From positions 5,890,001 to 5,954,000 of the forward strand of contig JAYWIR010000005.1 in NCBI GenBank assembly GCA_036172245.1: a stretch of DNA of 64,000 nucleotides, read 5' to 3'. The notes beneath the pieces were generated by a model, which was given only the letters and a program-made list of their open reading frames with translations, had not been told where the DNA came from and made no database searches. Position numbers and translations under genes: made by a program. Of this stretch, positions 1 to 11,946 are shown piece after piece. Source of the DNA: Raillietiella orientalis (lineage: Eukaryota). Each line of letters begins with the position of its first letter. The first letter of the stretch is position 1.

Positions 1-1149
1 AAAAGGGAGAGCAGGAAAAGATTGGCTTTCCGCTATTCGTCGTGACTCGAGTTTTCAGTGCTTCCCGGTTCGGGATCGGGAATGGATTTCCTTCCCCAAG
101 GGAAACGGAATAAGCTGCGGTGATCGTCTCGCTATCTCGGCTGACTGCTGAAAGTCCAAGACGTGAAATGCCGGCACGGTCTGAACTCAAGGAGATGCCT
201 CGAAGACTCTCCTCGAACGTTCCAGAAGGTCGCCACATGGGTAGGCTTCCTCTTCCAGCGCGAAAGGATAGATTGCTTCTCGCTAGCAAGTGCCTTCGAG
301 AAGAATTCTTCTCTGCCGATGCGGACGGATTCCCTTGGGTGACGAAAGAGGCGCACTGGATGGCTCCATCTTTTCGCTCTCTCCAGCGTGTCTGGAGCCG
401 GAAGCTTGTCTTCCGAACTTCCTGCAGCATCTTTAGTTCTTGAACGCCGGAGATCCAATCGCCGAGCCTCCTGGAGGAAGGTCACGAACCGCCAACCTCC
501 ACACAGCGACGAAGCGCAAGCGAGCAAACGTGGCTGCCGGACGGAAAACTGAGGGTCCCAGCCGCGACGGGGACACGCCAAGCAAGGCGCTTATTCCAGC
601 AGATCCTTCCGCTCATGGACGCGCTCCAGGGATCAGCCAGCCACGGCAGCGCGCGCACATGTTTTCCCGTCTCTCCGCAGCGCAAGGATGGTACGAAGGT
701 TGACCCTTCTCTCACCGTCGTCCACAGGTCTGGGTTCGAGTCAGCCGGCTCGCAGGGATCTCGGGTCATCAACCTTGGCTTGGAGAGCCACCCTCGCCGC
801 CATTACGGCGGTGTGGTCAAGCGCACTGTAGCTTGTGCCTGGTGGACGCCTCGTTGCTGTGATGCAGAGCCTTGGCGTCCTCCTTAAAGGAGGCTACGAG
901 AGAACAAGCCCTTAGGGGCAGTCCGGTGGACGTCGCAGAACCAAGCTATGGAGCGGAGACCACCGGATGGATGGAGGGATGGCCATGGTGGTAGCGGCCG
1001 CCAAGGAGCACTCCTTAGAGATGCATAACTGCGGGCATGCGTGACGAGGGCCAGCTATAAGCCCATCCTTTTCTATTGGGTCAGTAGTATCGGCGAGGAG
1101 CAAACGTTGAGGGATCCCGGGAAGCTGGTCACTCGCATGGTATGTGAAA

Positions 1150-2800
1150 GGATTTACCATACCTGCAAGCGCGAGTGGCACACGGGAACTCTCCTGTGAG
1201 GATCCGGTGCTTGCGTGGAACCCTATACGCATCTTGCTAATCTGTGGTGGTTAATGTCGGAAGGTATCCCACTTTCTGACTGAGAACACTAGGGCGTGAT
1301 CACCTCGGAAGCATCCCTCTTCAGGATGCAGACGGGCAAATCACGACTGCCCCTGAGCAGTGTGGCCGCAGCGCATGCCCTCCGGCGCAAGCTGAACCCC
1401 ATGCTGTGGTTCGAAAACGTGCGTGAAGGCCTGGGGCCGTCACGGCGCGCCATGATGTCAGTTCGGGAGACGATTTCCCAAAGAAAGGAGGGAGGTGCTT
1501 GGCCACTTCGGGGAGGTGGGTCATCTGAGGGAACGGCGTCTCTTCATCGAGGGTAGGCAATGCGACCGGAAGTACCCCACCTCAGGATCAGTCGCAAAGC
1601 GGAAAGGAAAAGCCGACGAAAGAAAGGAAGAGAGGTGTAGGCAGCGGAGCAACCTTGCATCTGATCTACAGTCACCACTGACACGACATCCCCCCGCCCT
1701 CGGGACAGACAGAATGGGGGGTGGATGGAGGTAGACAAGAAAGTAAAAGACAGAAAGAAAGCTGAACAGTCGCGAAGTTCCCTAGGAGAAAAGGGAGCGC
1801 TCCCCCTTTTCCCTTCAGGTAAGAAAGAGAACAAATCGAAGAGAGGACCGCGAGGGTGCTCACCACTTCGAGGCAGAGATAAGGAATTGCGAGAGGTGAA
1901 CCCGCCGCGGAAAGATGCGACGATACGCAGCCTCCTCAACGGCGCAGCAAGTCAACGCTAGTAGCGAACGAGCGACCTCGGCTACAGAATCCACGGTGGA
2001 CACAGAGGACATTTCTCTCGAGGAAGAGCTCGCGGCTGAGGAAGCGCCGCCCGGAGGCAGAAAAGCGAAATGGATCCACCTCGTCCAAGGTCAGTCTCCT
2101 GGAGACGCAGACGAGACGGAGCCAGCAGCGTTCGCCTGCCGGGAGCGCTTCTATGTCTGGAGATGAAAGAACGCACTCCTACTGAGTAGCCGAAGCTGCT
2201 GCAGAGGGATCCCTATGGACCGGTTTGGATGAGTGAAGAATTGGCAATGCCAAGAAAACGCCTGCTCTAAGCATTTGTATCCTGCGGGAATGGTGTGTGA
2301 GCGTTTCACTTCCCCTGCCTCGGCGTCCATGACGTCACTCGAAAACAGACCCTTCGAGAGTGCTACCCTATCCCGACTCGTCTTGAAACCAGGATAGGAG
2401 AGAATAGCTACTGGGCCCACTGATAGGAGGTAGCGCAGGAAGGAGGGAGGGCCTTTGAAATGGAATTGACTGTGTTCCCTGTCAGTGAGGAGTGCGCCCT
2501 TCGTCCAGCGTGGCAACGAGCCAGGAAGCGAGATGTGCCTAGCAAGCGAGAGTGAAGAGACCTTGATCTGTTATTAAGGAAACGACTACTGGAAAGAATC
2601 CCGGATTTGCGGATGGCGACGTTTTGCCAAGACTTCCGGGAGGTAACACTTCTGCGTCGCCCGCAAGCTGTTTACCCAGAATCTCGGCCCGAGCAGATTC
2701 CTGGAGGGTGAGTCCCTACGAGCGCACTTCAGACTGGGAGCAGGTTGATCCCCTGATCCACTTGCGTCTGAAGATGCAAACTTCTCATTGAAGGAAGGGA
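1150..2800 (-). mobile_element. Decayed L1/Tx1-clade LINE ORF2 (RT fragment and C-terminal zf-RVT-like region)
   Basis: Minus-strand remnants: 'VAILSYPGFKTSRDRV' (~AILSLDFxKAFDRV) in ORF 2151-2516 and 'WRAVTAPGLHARFRTTAW...VICP' (~zf-RVT) in ORF 1321-1560. Many stops and frameshifts; boundaries approximate. Confidence 0.5.
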
Positions 2801-3849
2801 GTCAGTTGCTGACGGGGGATGACTCTCCAGGACATCTCCTGGAGATGTTCCGGACATCACTCCCGAAGGAGCCCAAGGGAGGAGGACTAGGAACGAAAAC
2901 CTGGATGGGAAACAGACAGCCAAAGCCCCGTGAAAGAACGCGCCTTCCAGCTTGTGCATTCAACCGTCGAATCTCAGACTTTTCGAAGGATTGTCACCTC
3001 GGGCGTCTTGGCTTTTCGTTTGGGGAGTTTTTTTTTTTTTTTTTATTAGAAAGGTCGATTCCAGAATTAGCTTCGCAGGATCAAGGAGAAGATGCTTCAA
3101 AGTCTTGAAAATTTAGGGGCGAAGTTTCTTTCTGGATGACCTCGGCCAAATTTCGTCTGAATGGAGCTCTGAGCCGCACAAAGCAAACTCTTGACGAGGA
3201 GATCGTTGAAAGCGGACTCCCATTTTAATCCTTCGGGAACTCCGGACAGTTTGCCCTCGAAGCTGCAGGCCAGGACGATGCGAATCTCTAAATGAACGAC
3301 CTTTTTGGAATGAACGAAGGACCTTTCCCTGGAATCCAGCTACCCGAGCCTCTCCGAGGCACGAGGTCAGGTATCGGGATGCTATCGAAAACAGACCAGC
3401 CCTTGTCGTTCTCAGACACAGATGCCGTAGCGGGCCCGCGAGGTGGTTGCAACAGACGAGGACAAGATGAATTGTACCGTTTCCCCAACGAACGAACCCA
3501 GCGCAAGAGGTGCTGCGTTGCGGCAGGGCGCTGCACGGCTGGCTCCGTCGACAATTTTCTCGGTCACGAAAAATCCTAGATGTACCCCTTGAAGATTTGA
3601 AGATTTAATACAAAACCTCTCCACTAGCCCCCTCTCGCAAAAAGTCTTTCGAGAATCCCCGTCAGAACTGTCAAACCTTCTAAAACTCGCTCGTTCTGAG
3701 GTTGCACGTTGAGGGAAGGGTGTTAAGTCGGCACATCACCCGGACAGCACCTCGGCCGGGAACAAGCAAGAGCCGGCAGCGGAGGGAGGAGAGGGAAATG
3801 CGCGTTGGAAACCGCGGCCCTACAGGAAGGACTTGCCGGAAAAGTATGT

Positions 3850-5300
3850 TTTATCGAAATGAGTTAACTAACTAAGCCGCTACGATCGAGCTTCGAATCT
3901 TAACTTGACCGGATGCTGGGAAAGCGTCATCCGCATGTGCAACGCTCGTTACGGAAGAAAGTTCCTCGACTTCCTAATGTCCTTTCTAGGGTTCTTCTAT
4001 TCTGCTTCCCTCTACTTGCCATTCGCTGATTTTTTTGCCAAAGGTGCCAAAGAGTTGGAAACAGCAGAGGAATCATTCCGCCTAGAATGTGCACCCTTGC
4101 TGAGGGAGGGAGTCGTTTGTCTTTCTTTCCTGCTCTTGGACTGCGTGAGCTTCTCTCGGATTTGTACTCCAGCTCCCGGAGGCTGAAGATACCTAGAACC
4201 AACCCTACTTCATAACCTAATAGGAAAATTCCCTGTAGGAAGGTAGTAGGAAACCCTCTGATCATTGTTTCTTTCGGTTGCACCTTCCAGCACACCATGT
4301 GTAGCAACGCAAGGATGAATGAAAATCACATCCGGCAAAGAACTCGCCGCAGTCACCATGTCAGCGCACGACGATGGACTTTTGTCGCTAAAGGGTTTCA
4401 TTGCACATGCTCTCCTCGGGCTTCTTTGATCTTCTCCTCCAAGGTTCACTAATTCGGTTCCTTTTTCTAGAAGATGGCATCCTTTCTTGTACCTCATGCA
4501 TTCCCTATTCCCTGTCTGGAACCTTGTCTTCCTTGCATCGCTTAAGAGTTTGGTAGGTATGAATTTCCTCCATCGGTCAGCAGCATTCGGAACTCGGACC
4601 CTCAAGGACCTCTGGGCAGAAGCATCTTCTTTGCTGACCCGAGCAACGCTGCTTTCAGGTCCTCACGGCTCTCCCGTTGTGCATCACGAGCAACGCGCAA
4701 GTGGTTCGTTAGCCTTCTTGCTGAAAAATGACGTGGCACACTTACTGTTGTGTGAGGACGGACTGCATACAACCGTTTCAGCGACCCGTCATGAGCTCTC
4801 CGAGAAAAATGCAAGTCTGTGAGACGCCATTTTAGGGTTGAGTTCCTCTTCGTGCTATCGTTACTGTTTGGAAGATCACCTGGTTCTTCCACCTCACAGC
4901 TTCATCTTCATTTGCAGAGGAACGCTCAGGTTCAGGAGGGTACCATCCCTGCTACACCTTTCCTGAGACTTGGGAATTCTAACGAGACATCAGTCTGCAA
5001 AGGAAGGTTCCCATGATGCAGAAACTTTCGAGCAGTCCCAGATAAGAGAGCTATCCTCCTTTCTTCAGACTTCGTCGTCCCCCAACAAAATCGAAGTTTT
5101 CTCGTGAAAGATCCTGACAACTTTGCGACCCTCTCTCTACCACGGTCACAGTGAAGCACGATGCTTTGTTCCCGGGCAGTATTCGTGGCGAGCAGCATTT
5201 CGAAAGAAAACCATGAGGTTCTTGGAAGGCAACCCGGAAAGCACAGCTGCAAGTAAAAGTGGAAGCCCGAAAGAAGCTACAAGGACGAAGGCGAGCAAGG
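3850..5300 (-). mobile_element. Decayed L1/Tx1-clade LINE reverse transcriptase
   Basis: Collinear RT motif remnants: 'LKWRLTDL' (~NWRPISL), 'ARRLTNHLRVARD' (~GRxIxDNIxxxRD), 'AALLGSAKK' (~ALLSLDQEKAFD), 'RYKKGCHL' (~RQGCPL), 'CADMVT' (~YADDVT), 'LPPSARVHIL' (~LSxxGRVxLI). Boundaries approximate. Confidence 0.62.
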
Positions 5301-6646
5301 AAAAGTAAGAGCGCTTCCCTGATATCTTATGTGCACTCTTATGGACCTTTCCCCTCTCCCTCGGCTTTTATCAGAAGAGACACAGGCAGCGTGTCTTGAG
5401 CTGGGTGCAGCTGCAAGACCACGTGCATCTTAAACTAAAGCGGCTCACCACCTGCACGGGCTAACATCGCTGGTAGACCTTCCCTTCGCGCGCACCTTCC
5501 TGCAAAAAGCAAGCAGCATTGAACTTCGTTTAGCGGAGCGCAAAATCCACGCAACGAGATTGCAGAAGCCGGGTTATCTGGCGGACTGCCGAGACCGCAC
5601 GGCAGCTGTCTCATCTTAGCTTCGTTTGAGCGGCCCCGCATCCCAGGAACGGCGAAGAAATTCCTCGAGGAGGCCCGTCTGGGAGGTAAAGGTGGCGGGG
5701 ATCGACAGATTGCTGGAGCCGCGCGTTCTTAGCAGCAGTGGAGGCGGATCAGTGGGCGCGTCTTTAAGGAACGGATGGGTGCGCACAGGAATCAGATGCA
5801 GAAGACAGGGAGAGTGCGCGAGCCCAGAATTTCCCTCCCTCTTCGGACACCGGGTCCGATGTCCAAGAAGATCATTTCGCCGTCCGGAGTTGATGAAAAA
5901 GAGGAGGGAGATGAGTATGAGCTTTCCATGCTTCGTGAACACGGCCATCGGACGTCAGCGCAGAACCTCCGTCCGGTCGAGGAGAAGGCACTGGCGCACA
6001 GCGGAAGATTGAGGCTCTTTACAGGATCCTATTCTTGCCTGCGGGAATCTTGCCCGTCTTTACGGAGCGGACAAACACACACGAAGAATTGGAAGCGTAG
6101 AGCGCGTGCGCCGCCCGCCGTGCTCGGCTGCGTTCTTCCGTCGTCGTTGGTGCGGTCGCACGAGGTACGTGCGGTGTGTGCACCGCTGTTTCTTGCACGC
6201 CTTGGAAAGCAGTCTCCGCGCTCGCACCCCTCTCTCCCACAAACCCCCAGTAGGATTTCCAGACCCCTCAGCCTTTGGCGAGATTCCTCTTCCTGGTTTC
6301 TGTGGCTCCCTGACGGGTGGCACTCACCTACTGCGGTTTGGGAGAGCGTCTCGTTCGGAGGCGGTCGAAATAATAATGGCAACAAAAGACGTCAGAGGTC
6401 ACGCTTCGAACAAGGCACGGATCATACTGTTCGATCGCTCCTCCACCTCCGAGGGTGGAGGCTTTCGGAACGCGCCAGATGACGTATCGAAGCAGCACTC
6501 TCCTCCGCTCGCCAGGATTGCCCAAAGCAGCGTTTTCGCGCTTACCTAATCTGTCATTCACCCATCATTATCGCTCCGAATTCTGTATCTCCCCAGAGCT
6601 CTGTTGTGTGTCATGATAAAAAAAAAAGAAGAAGATTAGATCTTAC

Positions 6647-6897
6647 CATGGTCGCTGCGCTGACGGAACCCAGCGAATTGATGAACAAGTTGACCGTGAC
6701 TTTCGTGGGACCTGGAAGGACGGTACGCGGTGGGAAGTGCCCGTATTCTTTCGGGTGAGTCACCCCTTCTTACTGGAGAGATTTTGAGACGTCGGCCATT
6801 TCGTCGCGTCGTATCCCTCCAAGAAGGGTTCCATGTTGAGGAGCATCGCTCGAGACAAGAAGAACGTCTGCAGCAGGAGGAGACTCACTCGGAGCAT
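6647..6897 (-). CDS. First two coding exons of a Cys-loop ligand-gated anion channel subunit (GlyR/GluCl/GABA-receptor-like); remainder not found intact in the window
   Basis: Exon 6897-6774 encodes MLRVSLLLLQTFFLSRA-MLLNMEPFLEGYDATKWPTSQNLS (signal peptide plus GYD..P motif). A 62-nt GT-AG intron follows. Exon 6711-6647 encodes (S)PTKVTVNLFINSLGSVSAATM then gtaag, matching the GlyR segment [23 protein letters not shown]. Splice phases are consistent (1, then 0). Confidence 0.8.
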
Positions 6898-6963
6898 TTT
6901 GGGGAGTTTCCGCTTCCTCCCTTCCTCCTTTGAGTCTGCGCAAGCGTCCAAGGGCACAGCCTT

Positions 6964-7261
6964 TCCGCTTGAGAGAGCGCCCTCTCCCGCTGGACCTCCG
7001 CGAGAGGAAAAATTTCCAGATTTCCCCGGAGGATGACTTGAGAGTGACCACTGGATGCCAGTGAGCTAATGGCTGCCCAAGGACTGTTCCTTTCTTGCTC
7101 CCAGGAGCTTGTGCTTGTCGGAAAAAGCAAACCTTCGGGAATGGGTGAAAGTCTCCTGGGAAGGAAGGAGTTCCCTTCTCTTTCGACGCCTTTTTCGGCT
7201 GCTTCAAACTAAGGGGCGGGTGTATCTGTAACTCTGCGACGTGGGGAAGAACGCTCTCCTC
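6964..7261 (+). repeat. Left arm of 298-bp inverted repeat (partner 10053-10350)
   Basis: Base-by-base comparison with the reverse complement of 10053-10350 gave 8 mismatches and no gaps (~97%). Confidence 0.95.
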
Positions 7262-7840
7262 TAAGGTGGGAGAAGAAGGGCATGGACCATCTACTAGAGG
7301 AGACGAATCGGTCTCAAGGACCGTGAAGGGGCACGGAGCCTTTCACCACTCTTGGACCACGGGGGATTCTCCTAGGAAGGACGCAGTGTTTGGGTTGTTT
7401 CGTGGTGCCCTCCGAGCCAAACGGTCCGCAGCGTTCCAGGAACGAACTGTATTCTCTTGGGATACGGATCCTCTGGTGATGCGACGCGACCCAGAAAGAT
7501 CAGTTCTCTTCAAGAGTCACCCCGAACGAGACTGGAGCACGCACCTTCGAGAGAAGCGGGTGTAGGGCACCTGGCTCTTCCCCAGATTTCCCAACCGGGG
7601 CGTCGTCGGCACGGTATCGTCCGGGATCACTCCTCGATCGATCAGGAGGAAACACACACAGCGGGGGAGAAATCCTTCCCCTCGGATGCAGGTGACGCAG
7701 ACTGGCCTCTCACTTCCCTGCTTCCTGTCCCTCGACGGAAGAGGAGGAAAGTTGGTAGTGGTTCCCCTCGCACGCCGGGACCAGCAGTCTGCACGTCACT
7801 GGCATGGTGGGAGGCATGGATGTCCAAAATAGCTGCTTAC

Positions 7841-7889
7841 CGGAGCCGGAGATTTCCTGGCACTGTGCTGCGCGGGGATGCTATTTATA
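7841..7889 (-). promoter_or_regulatory. Candidate TATA box and short non-coding first exon for the channel gene
   Basis: Minus-strand TATAAATA at 7889-7882, CAGT Inr-like motif ~25 nt downstream, donor CCG|gtaagc at 7840, and candidate acceptor gcgcag| at 6936, 38 nt before the ATG at 6897. Confidence 0.35.
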
Positions 7890-8461
7890 CCGAAGCTCTC
7901 GGCCGAAAAGCGCTTCTCAAGCAGCCTCCCCCTTCCCTGATCTCTTCCTGCCGGAAGGAGTACGAGGTTTGCACCCTTGTTAATTTCGGGGATGGGGACG
8001 GGATGGGAGAGGGGGAGGTGAGTGGTTCCTAACTGATGCGGTGCCATCTCGAGCATTTTTCTCTCTCCCGTGTATGACGTTGGAACCACCGGCGTGGCGC
8101 AAAGCAGGCAGCCACAGTGAGACATGAGGCAGTTTCGATCCCGAAAAAGCGCTCTTTCGTTCCTGTAAGATATCACGGGCTGTCGGGATGAAACGGCTGC
8201 ATCCGATGGCGGGAGGAGGGAGGGATAGGAGGGATTGACACTCGGTCACCCCGGGATGTTTATTTATAAAAAAAATAAACATACACATCTGTGGCATGAC
8301 GTGTGATCCTGCCACGTTACTCATAACTGCGAAGAGGAACCTGCTGGGAACTGACACGCAGGCCAGCGGAGTCCGCTTCGGCAGCACAGAGGAAGGGGAG
8401 ACAAACAAAAAGAAAACATGCAGTCAAAACAAGATGTGGGGAGGAGGAATTGGTGAAGGGA

Positions 8462-10500
8462 TCATCGAGTGCTAAAGGGCATCCTCTGCATCCTTGTAAG
8501 GATGCTGGCAAGTTCCTGTTGCATGGTTTCCAGATGCGACCATCTTAACGCTGCCCTCATGAAGAGAACAGCAGAATAGATGGCATCCTTGTCGTTCTGG
8601 CCTCCTCCGGAGTTGCTCCATGCGGCCACGGTCCCGCTGCATAAGCAGCATAGTGCTGTTAGGGATGCGACCGGCATGAGGACGTCGCGCAGGAGGAGGC
8701 GCTTTGAAACGTCTCTGGAGCTGCCACCAGGGGTTCCAAGGGTCGCACCAAAGCGTCCCCAGAGGGTCCGCGAAGCAACACAGTCCATTAGGTGGTGCGG
8801 GAGGGATTCGCGCTCCCCGCATCTGGCACAGTTCGGGTCCACCCTTTCTTCCCCCCGTGTCCAGTGATGACGGCGGGCGTTGCACAAGAGACCCAGTGCA
8901 GCAGCATCAGTGCCTACTCCTGCCACTTTAAGAGTAGGGTGCGGGTGTTCATGAGCATCGGCAGTCACTGCAGATCTTCCTCTGGAATACCCAGTAGTAC
9001 GCTTCATCGCAAAAGTCCATGAGGTCGAGCATTCGGGGTCGCAGAGTCGGTCAGCTGGCCCGTCATCCATTCGCCCAGTCTTTTTCTCCTTCCGAAGATT
9101 TCCACAGTAACCTCCCATCTAGTCGTAAGGCTGCTGTCCATGTGCTCCCTGAAGGAGGGGTTGCGCTGCGGTGAGGGAGGTTCTGCATGCTTATGTACTC
9201 TTCGCGAGATCTTCCAGGATCTCCCGGAGAGTGCAGTTGTTGTTACGAGAGTACAGGAAACGTCGCACTCGTTCCGAGCTCCTGGGTCCTTGTCCACGTG
9301 AGAATGGTTTCGAGGACGAGAGGTGGGGTCTCGGAAACGCTTCCTTCACTGGATACCGACGAGAATCGTAGCTCAGCTACTCCTTATCGTCAGCCTTCGA
9401 TTTCGGTTGGTGACCAAACACGGACCCCATCTTTCCGAGAGCGGATGCCCCACTCTTTACCGAGCTCCCTAAAATTTTCGAGGAAGGCGAAGATCTGCGG
9501 AGGGGAGGGTGGAGAGATTGACATCAGCATTTGCGATTCCTGGCCTTCAGGATTCGAGGATCATGGCGAAATTTCGACAGCGGCAACGAGTTATCTGTGC
9601 CTCGGACTTGCTAATCCTCGAGACGACGATGGGTTCCTTTTAAACAAGCGAAAGGTGCAGGTGGTCACACGACCCCCTACGAAAGAGTCCTTGTGCTGTT
9701 ACTGATGTCGAGCCTTGACCTGAGGAAGCGTTCCTCTGTGGAAAGCATGGAACTACGAGAACTGCTTTTGAAGCAATTCAAAGTTTGGGCTGTGACCTTG
9801 GAAACGCAAATGGCCCAGGAAAACCTTCCTCCAGAGGAAAAAAAAAATTCTAGGGTTTCTGCGCCAACTGACACGTCGCCTTTATCGTCAGCACCTACAA
9901 ATAACTCGAAGGCAAATGAAAAATCAGGGGACTTCCAGAGACACTGCAGCACTGCGCTAGAGATGCTCACATTCTTACAATTCTTACAAGTCAGATTCCT
10001 ATAATTTTAAATTCTTATAATTCTTATCCCATGACCGTCTCCTTCCATCGTGGAGAAGAGCGTTCTTCCCCACGTCGCAGAGGTACAGACACACCCGCCC
10101 CTTAGTTTGAAGTAGCCGAAAAAGGCGTCGAAAGAGAAGGGAACTCCCCCCTTCCCAGGAGACTTTCACCCATTCCCGAAGGTTTGCTTTTTCCGACAAG
10201 CACAAGCTCCTGGGAGCAAGAAAGGAACAGTCCTTGGGCAGCCATTAGCTCACTGGCATCCAGTGGTCACTCTCAAGTCATCCTCCGGGGAAATCTGGAA
10301 ATTTTTCCTCTCGCGGAGGTCCAGCGGGAGAGGGCGCGCTCTCAAACGGAGAGTCTGTGACGGACGCTTGAGACTTGAATGCTTGCGCAGTGTCCCGCCG
10401 TGATCTTCATTAGAACGGCGGAGGACAGACAGCAAACGGACAGCAAAATTGCAGCGGCACAGTAGTGGGAGCAAACATTCCCAGCTCATCTGTGGAGAGG
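8462..10500 (-). mobile_element. Decayed L1/Tx1-clade LINE ORF2 (RT plus C-terminal CCHC zinc knuckle)
   Basis: ORF 8462-9118 has 'PNCARCGERESLPHHLMDC...LW' (zf-RVT CX2CX7HX4C). ORF 9677-9970 has 'LFVGADD' (~YADD). ORF 9999-10205 has 'REWVKV' (~xWIKxLY). Motif order is collinear. Confidence 0.75.
10053..10350 (-). repeat. Right arm of 298-bp inverted repeat (partner 6964-7261)
   Basis: Reverse complement of 6964-7261 with 8 mismatches; lies within the LINE RT relic. Confidence 0.95.
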
Positions 10501-11341
10501 ATGGAAGCAGCTGGAATCATGGTTGAACCAAGTTGAGAGGAGCTGCATTAGAGCCAGGAACCAAGAAGCGCATCGTGCAGGGTGGCGTGATACCAGTCTC
10601 GGGAAGGGAGGGACGAGGAGCTGTTCTGAGGGTTCCGCGACGTCACTCGGAAAAGATGGAAGAGATCCCACCACCAGGCTAGGGATGGCTCCCCCCTTCC
10701 GGCTAGCGCGGCTTCTCGTTCCTTGACTCCCACTCGCAGTTTTCGACCGGAAGCAGAGATCTGGTCCACAGGTGCCCGCCACTGACGCAGGGCGTTTCGA
10801 AAATCAATCATGTGCTATCCTGCTGCTGTTTCTAAGGATCCCTGCAGCTAATGACGAGACGATGTCGATTAGGAAGCGCCCAGACCAAAATTTCTTCTGT
10901 TTGCCCTTCGGGAAGTATTGGTGGAAGTGCGGCTACGACGTTCTCCGCGCGGCGCACTGAGCGTCGCGGGTTCGAATCCCCACGTGGAGGATCGATACCG
11001 AGAAATGGGTGTTTCGTGGGTTTCGAGTCCCTTTCTCCAGGATGACGCTGGTCGGTCTACAGGCTTTGGGTGTGGAAACCGGATTCCACGGTTCACTGGC
11101 CGGGATTGGAAGTTAACCATCCGGGGTCCTTCCGGGAATCAAGGAGCCGTTCCCCCTCGGTTGTGAAAATGGATCCTTCCCTCCCTCAGAGGAAAATCCT
11201 CCATTGAGTACCACCGAGCTGGTTTATGCCCCTCTTGGGGGATGCCTCTTCGGAGTGTGAGAAGCGCGTTGCTCCCTCGGGGAAGCGCCCTTCAGGGAAA
11301 TTTAAAAGCGCCTTCAACCTTCCGGAGACAATAAGGGTTTC

Positions 11342-11382
11342 CCTCGCCCTGGTTGTTCCCTCCGGAAACAACCAGGGCGAGG
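11342..11382. repeat. Perfect 16-bp inverted repeat with 9-nt loop (hairpin)
   Basis: cctcgccctggttgtt-ccctccgga-aacaaccagggcgagg. Confidence 0.9.
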
Positions 11383-11912
11383 TTTCCTTTGAGCCCTCCC
11401 AAACATAAGAGGAACGGATTCCTTCCTCAGGAGCCTTCCTGGATTCATAGGGTGATCCCCTCCAGGGGTACTCCCATGACTTAAAGAGTTAACACGCACG
11501 GTCTTGTGCGCACAGTATGAAAGAGCTTCGCAAGAGCCTAGGAAAGAACGGTTCCTTGAGTCTTAGCAAAGCAAAAGAAGAAAAAAAAATCTAGAAGGAA
11601 AAAAGCGAAACAGAAGAATCCCAAATCATCTTCGGCACAGTGACGAGCTGTCCGTGAGTTTCCCATAGGTCCTTTTTTTTTTCTTTTAGAAGAACGAGGT
11701 CTTCCACCGGACAGGAGCCCGCGTTTCACAGCCTCCTCGACTACTCGAAAGCGGAAACAGCGGAATGTCGAAAGTTCTAGCGTCCCTGCTGGAACTGGGA
11801 TCTTCGCTGCTGCAAGCAATGGGAACAGGGATCAGGAAAGAGGTGGGTGGGTGAGGAGGGAAGCTTGGCTGTCATGCAGATTTCCACCAGGTGACTCCAG
11901 GACCCTTATTTT

Positions 11913-11946
11913 ATACATACATACATACATACATATATATATATAT
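11913..11946. repeat. Compound (ATAC)n(AT)n microsatellite
   Basis: Directly visible in the sequence. Confidence 0.9.

Noticed and set aside
10915..10990. tRNA-like B-box GGTTCGAATCC with a loose A-box upstream
   Set aside because: No convincing acceptor, D or anticodon stems; at most a decayed SINE head or chance match.
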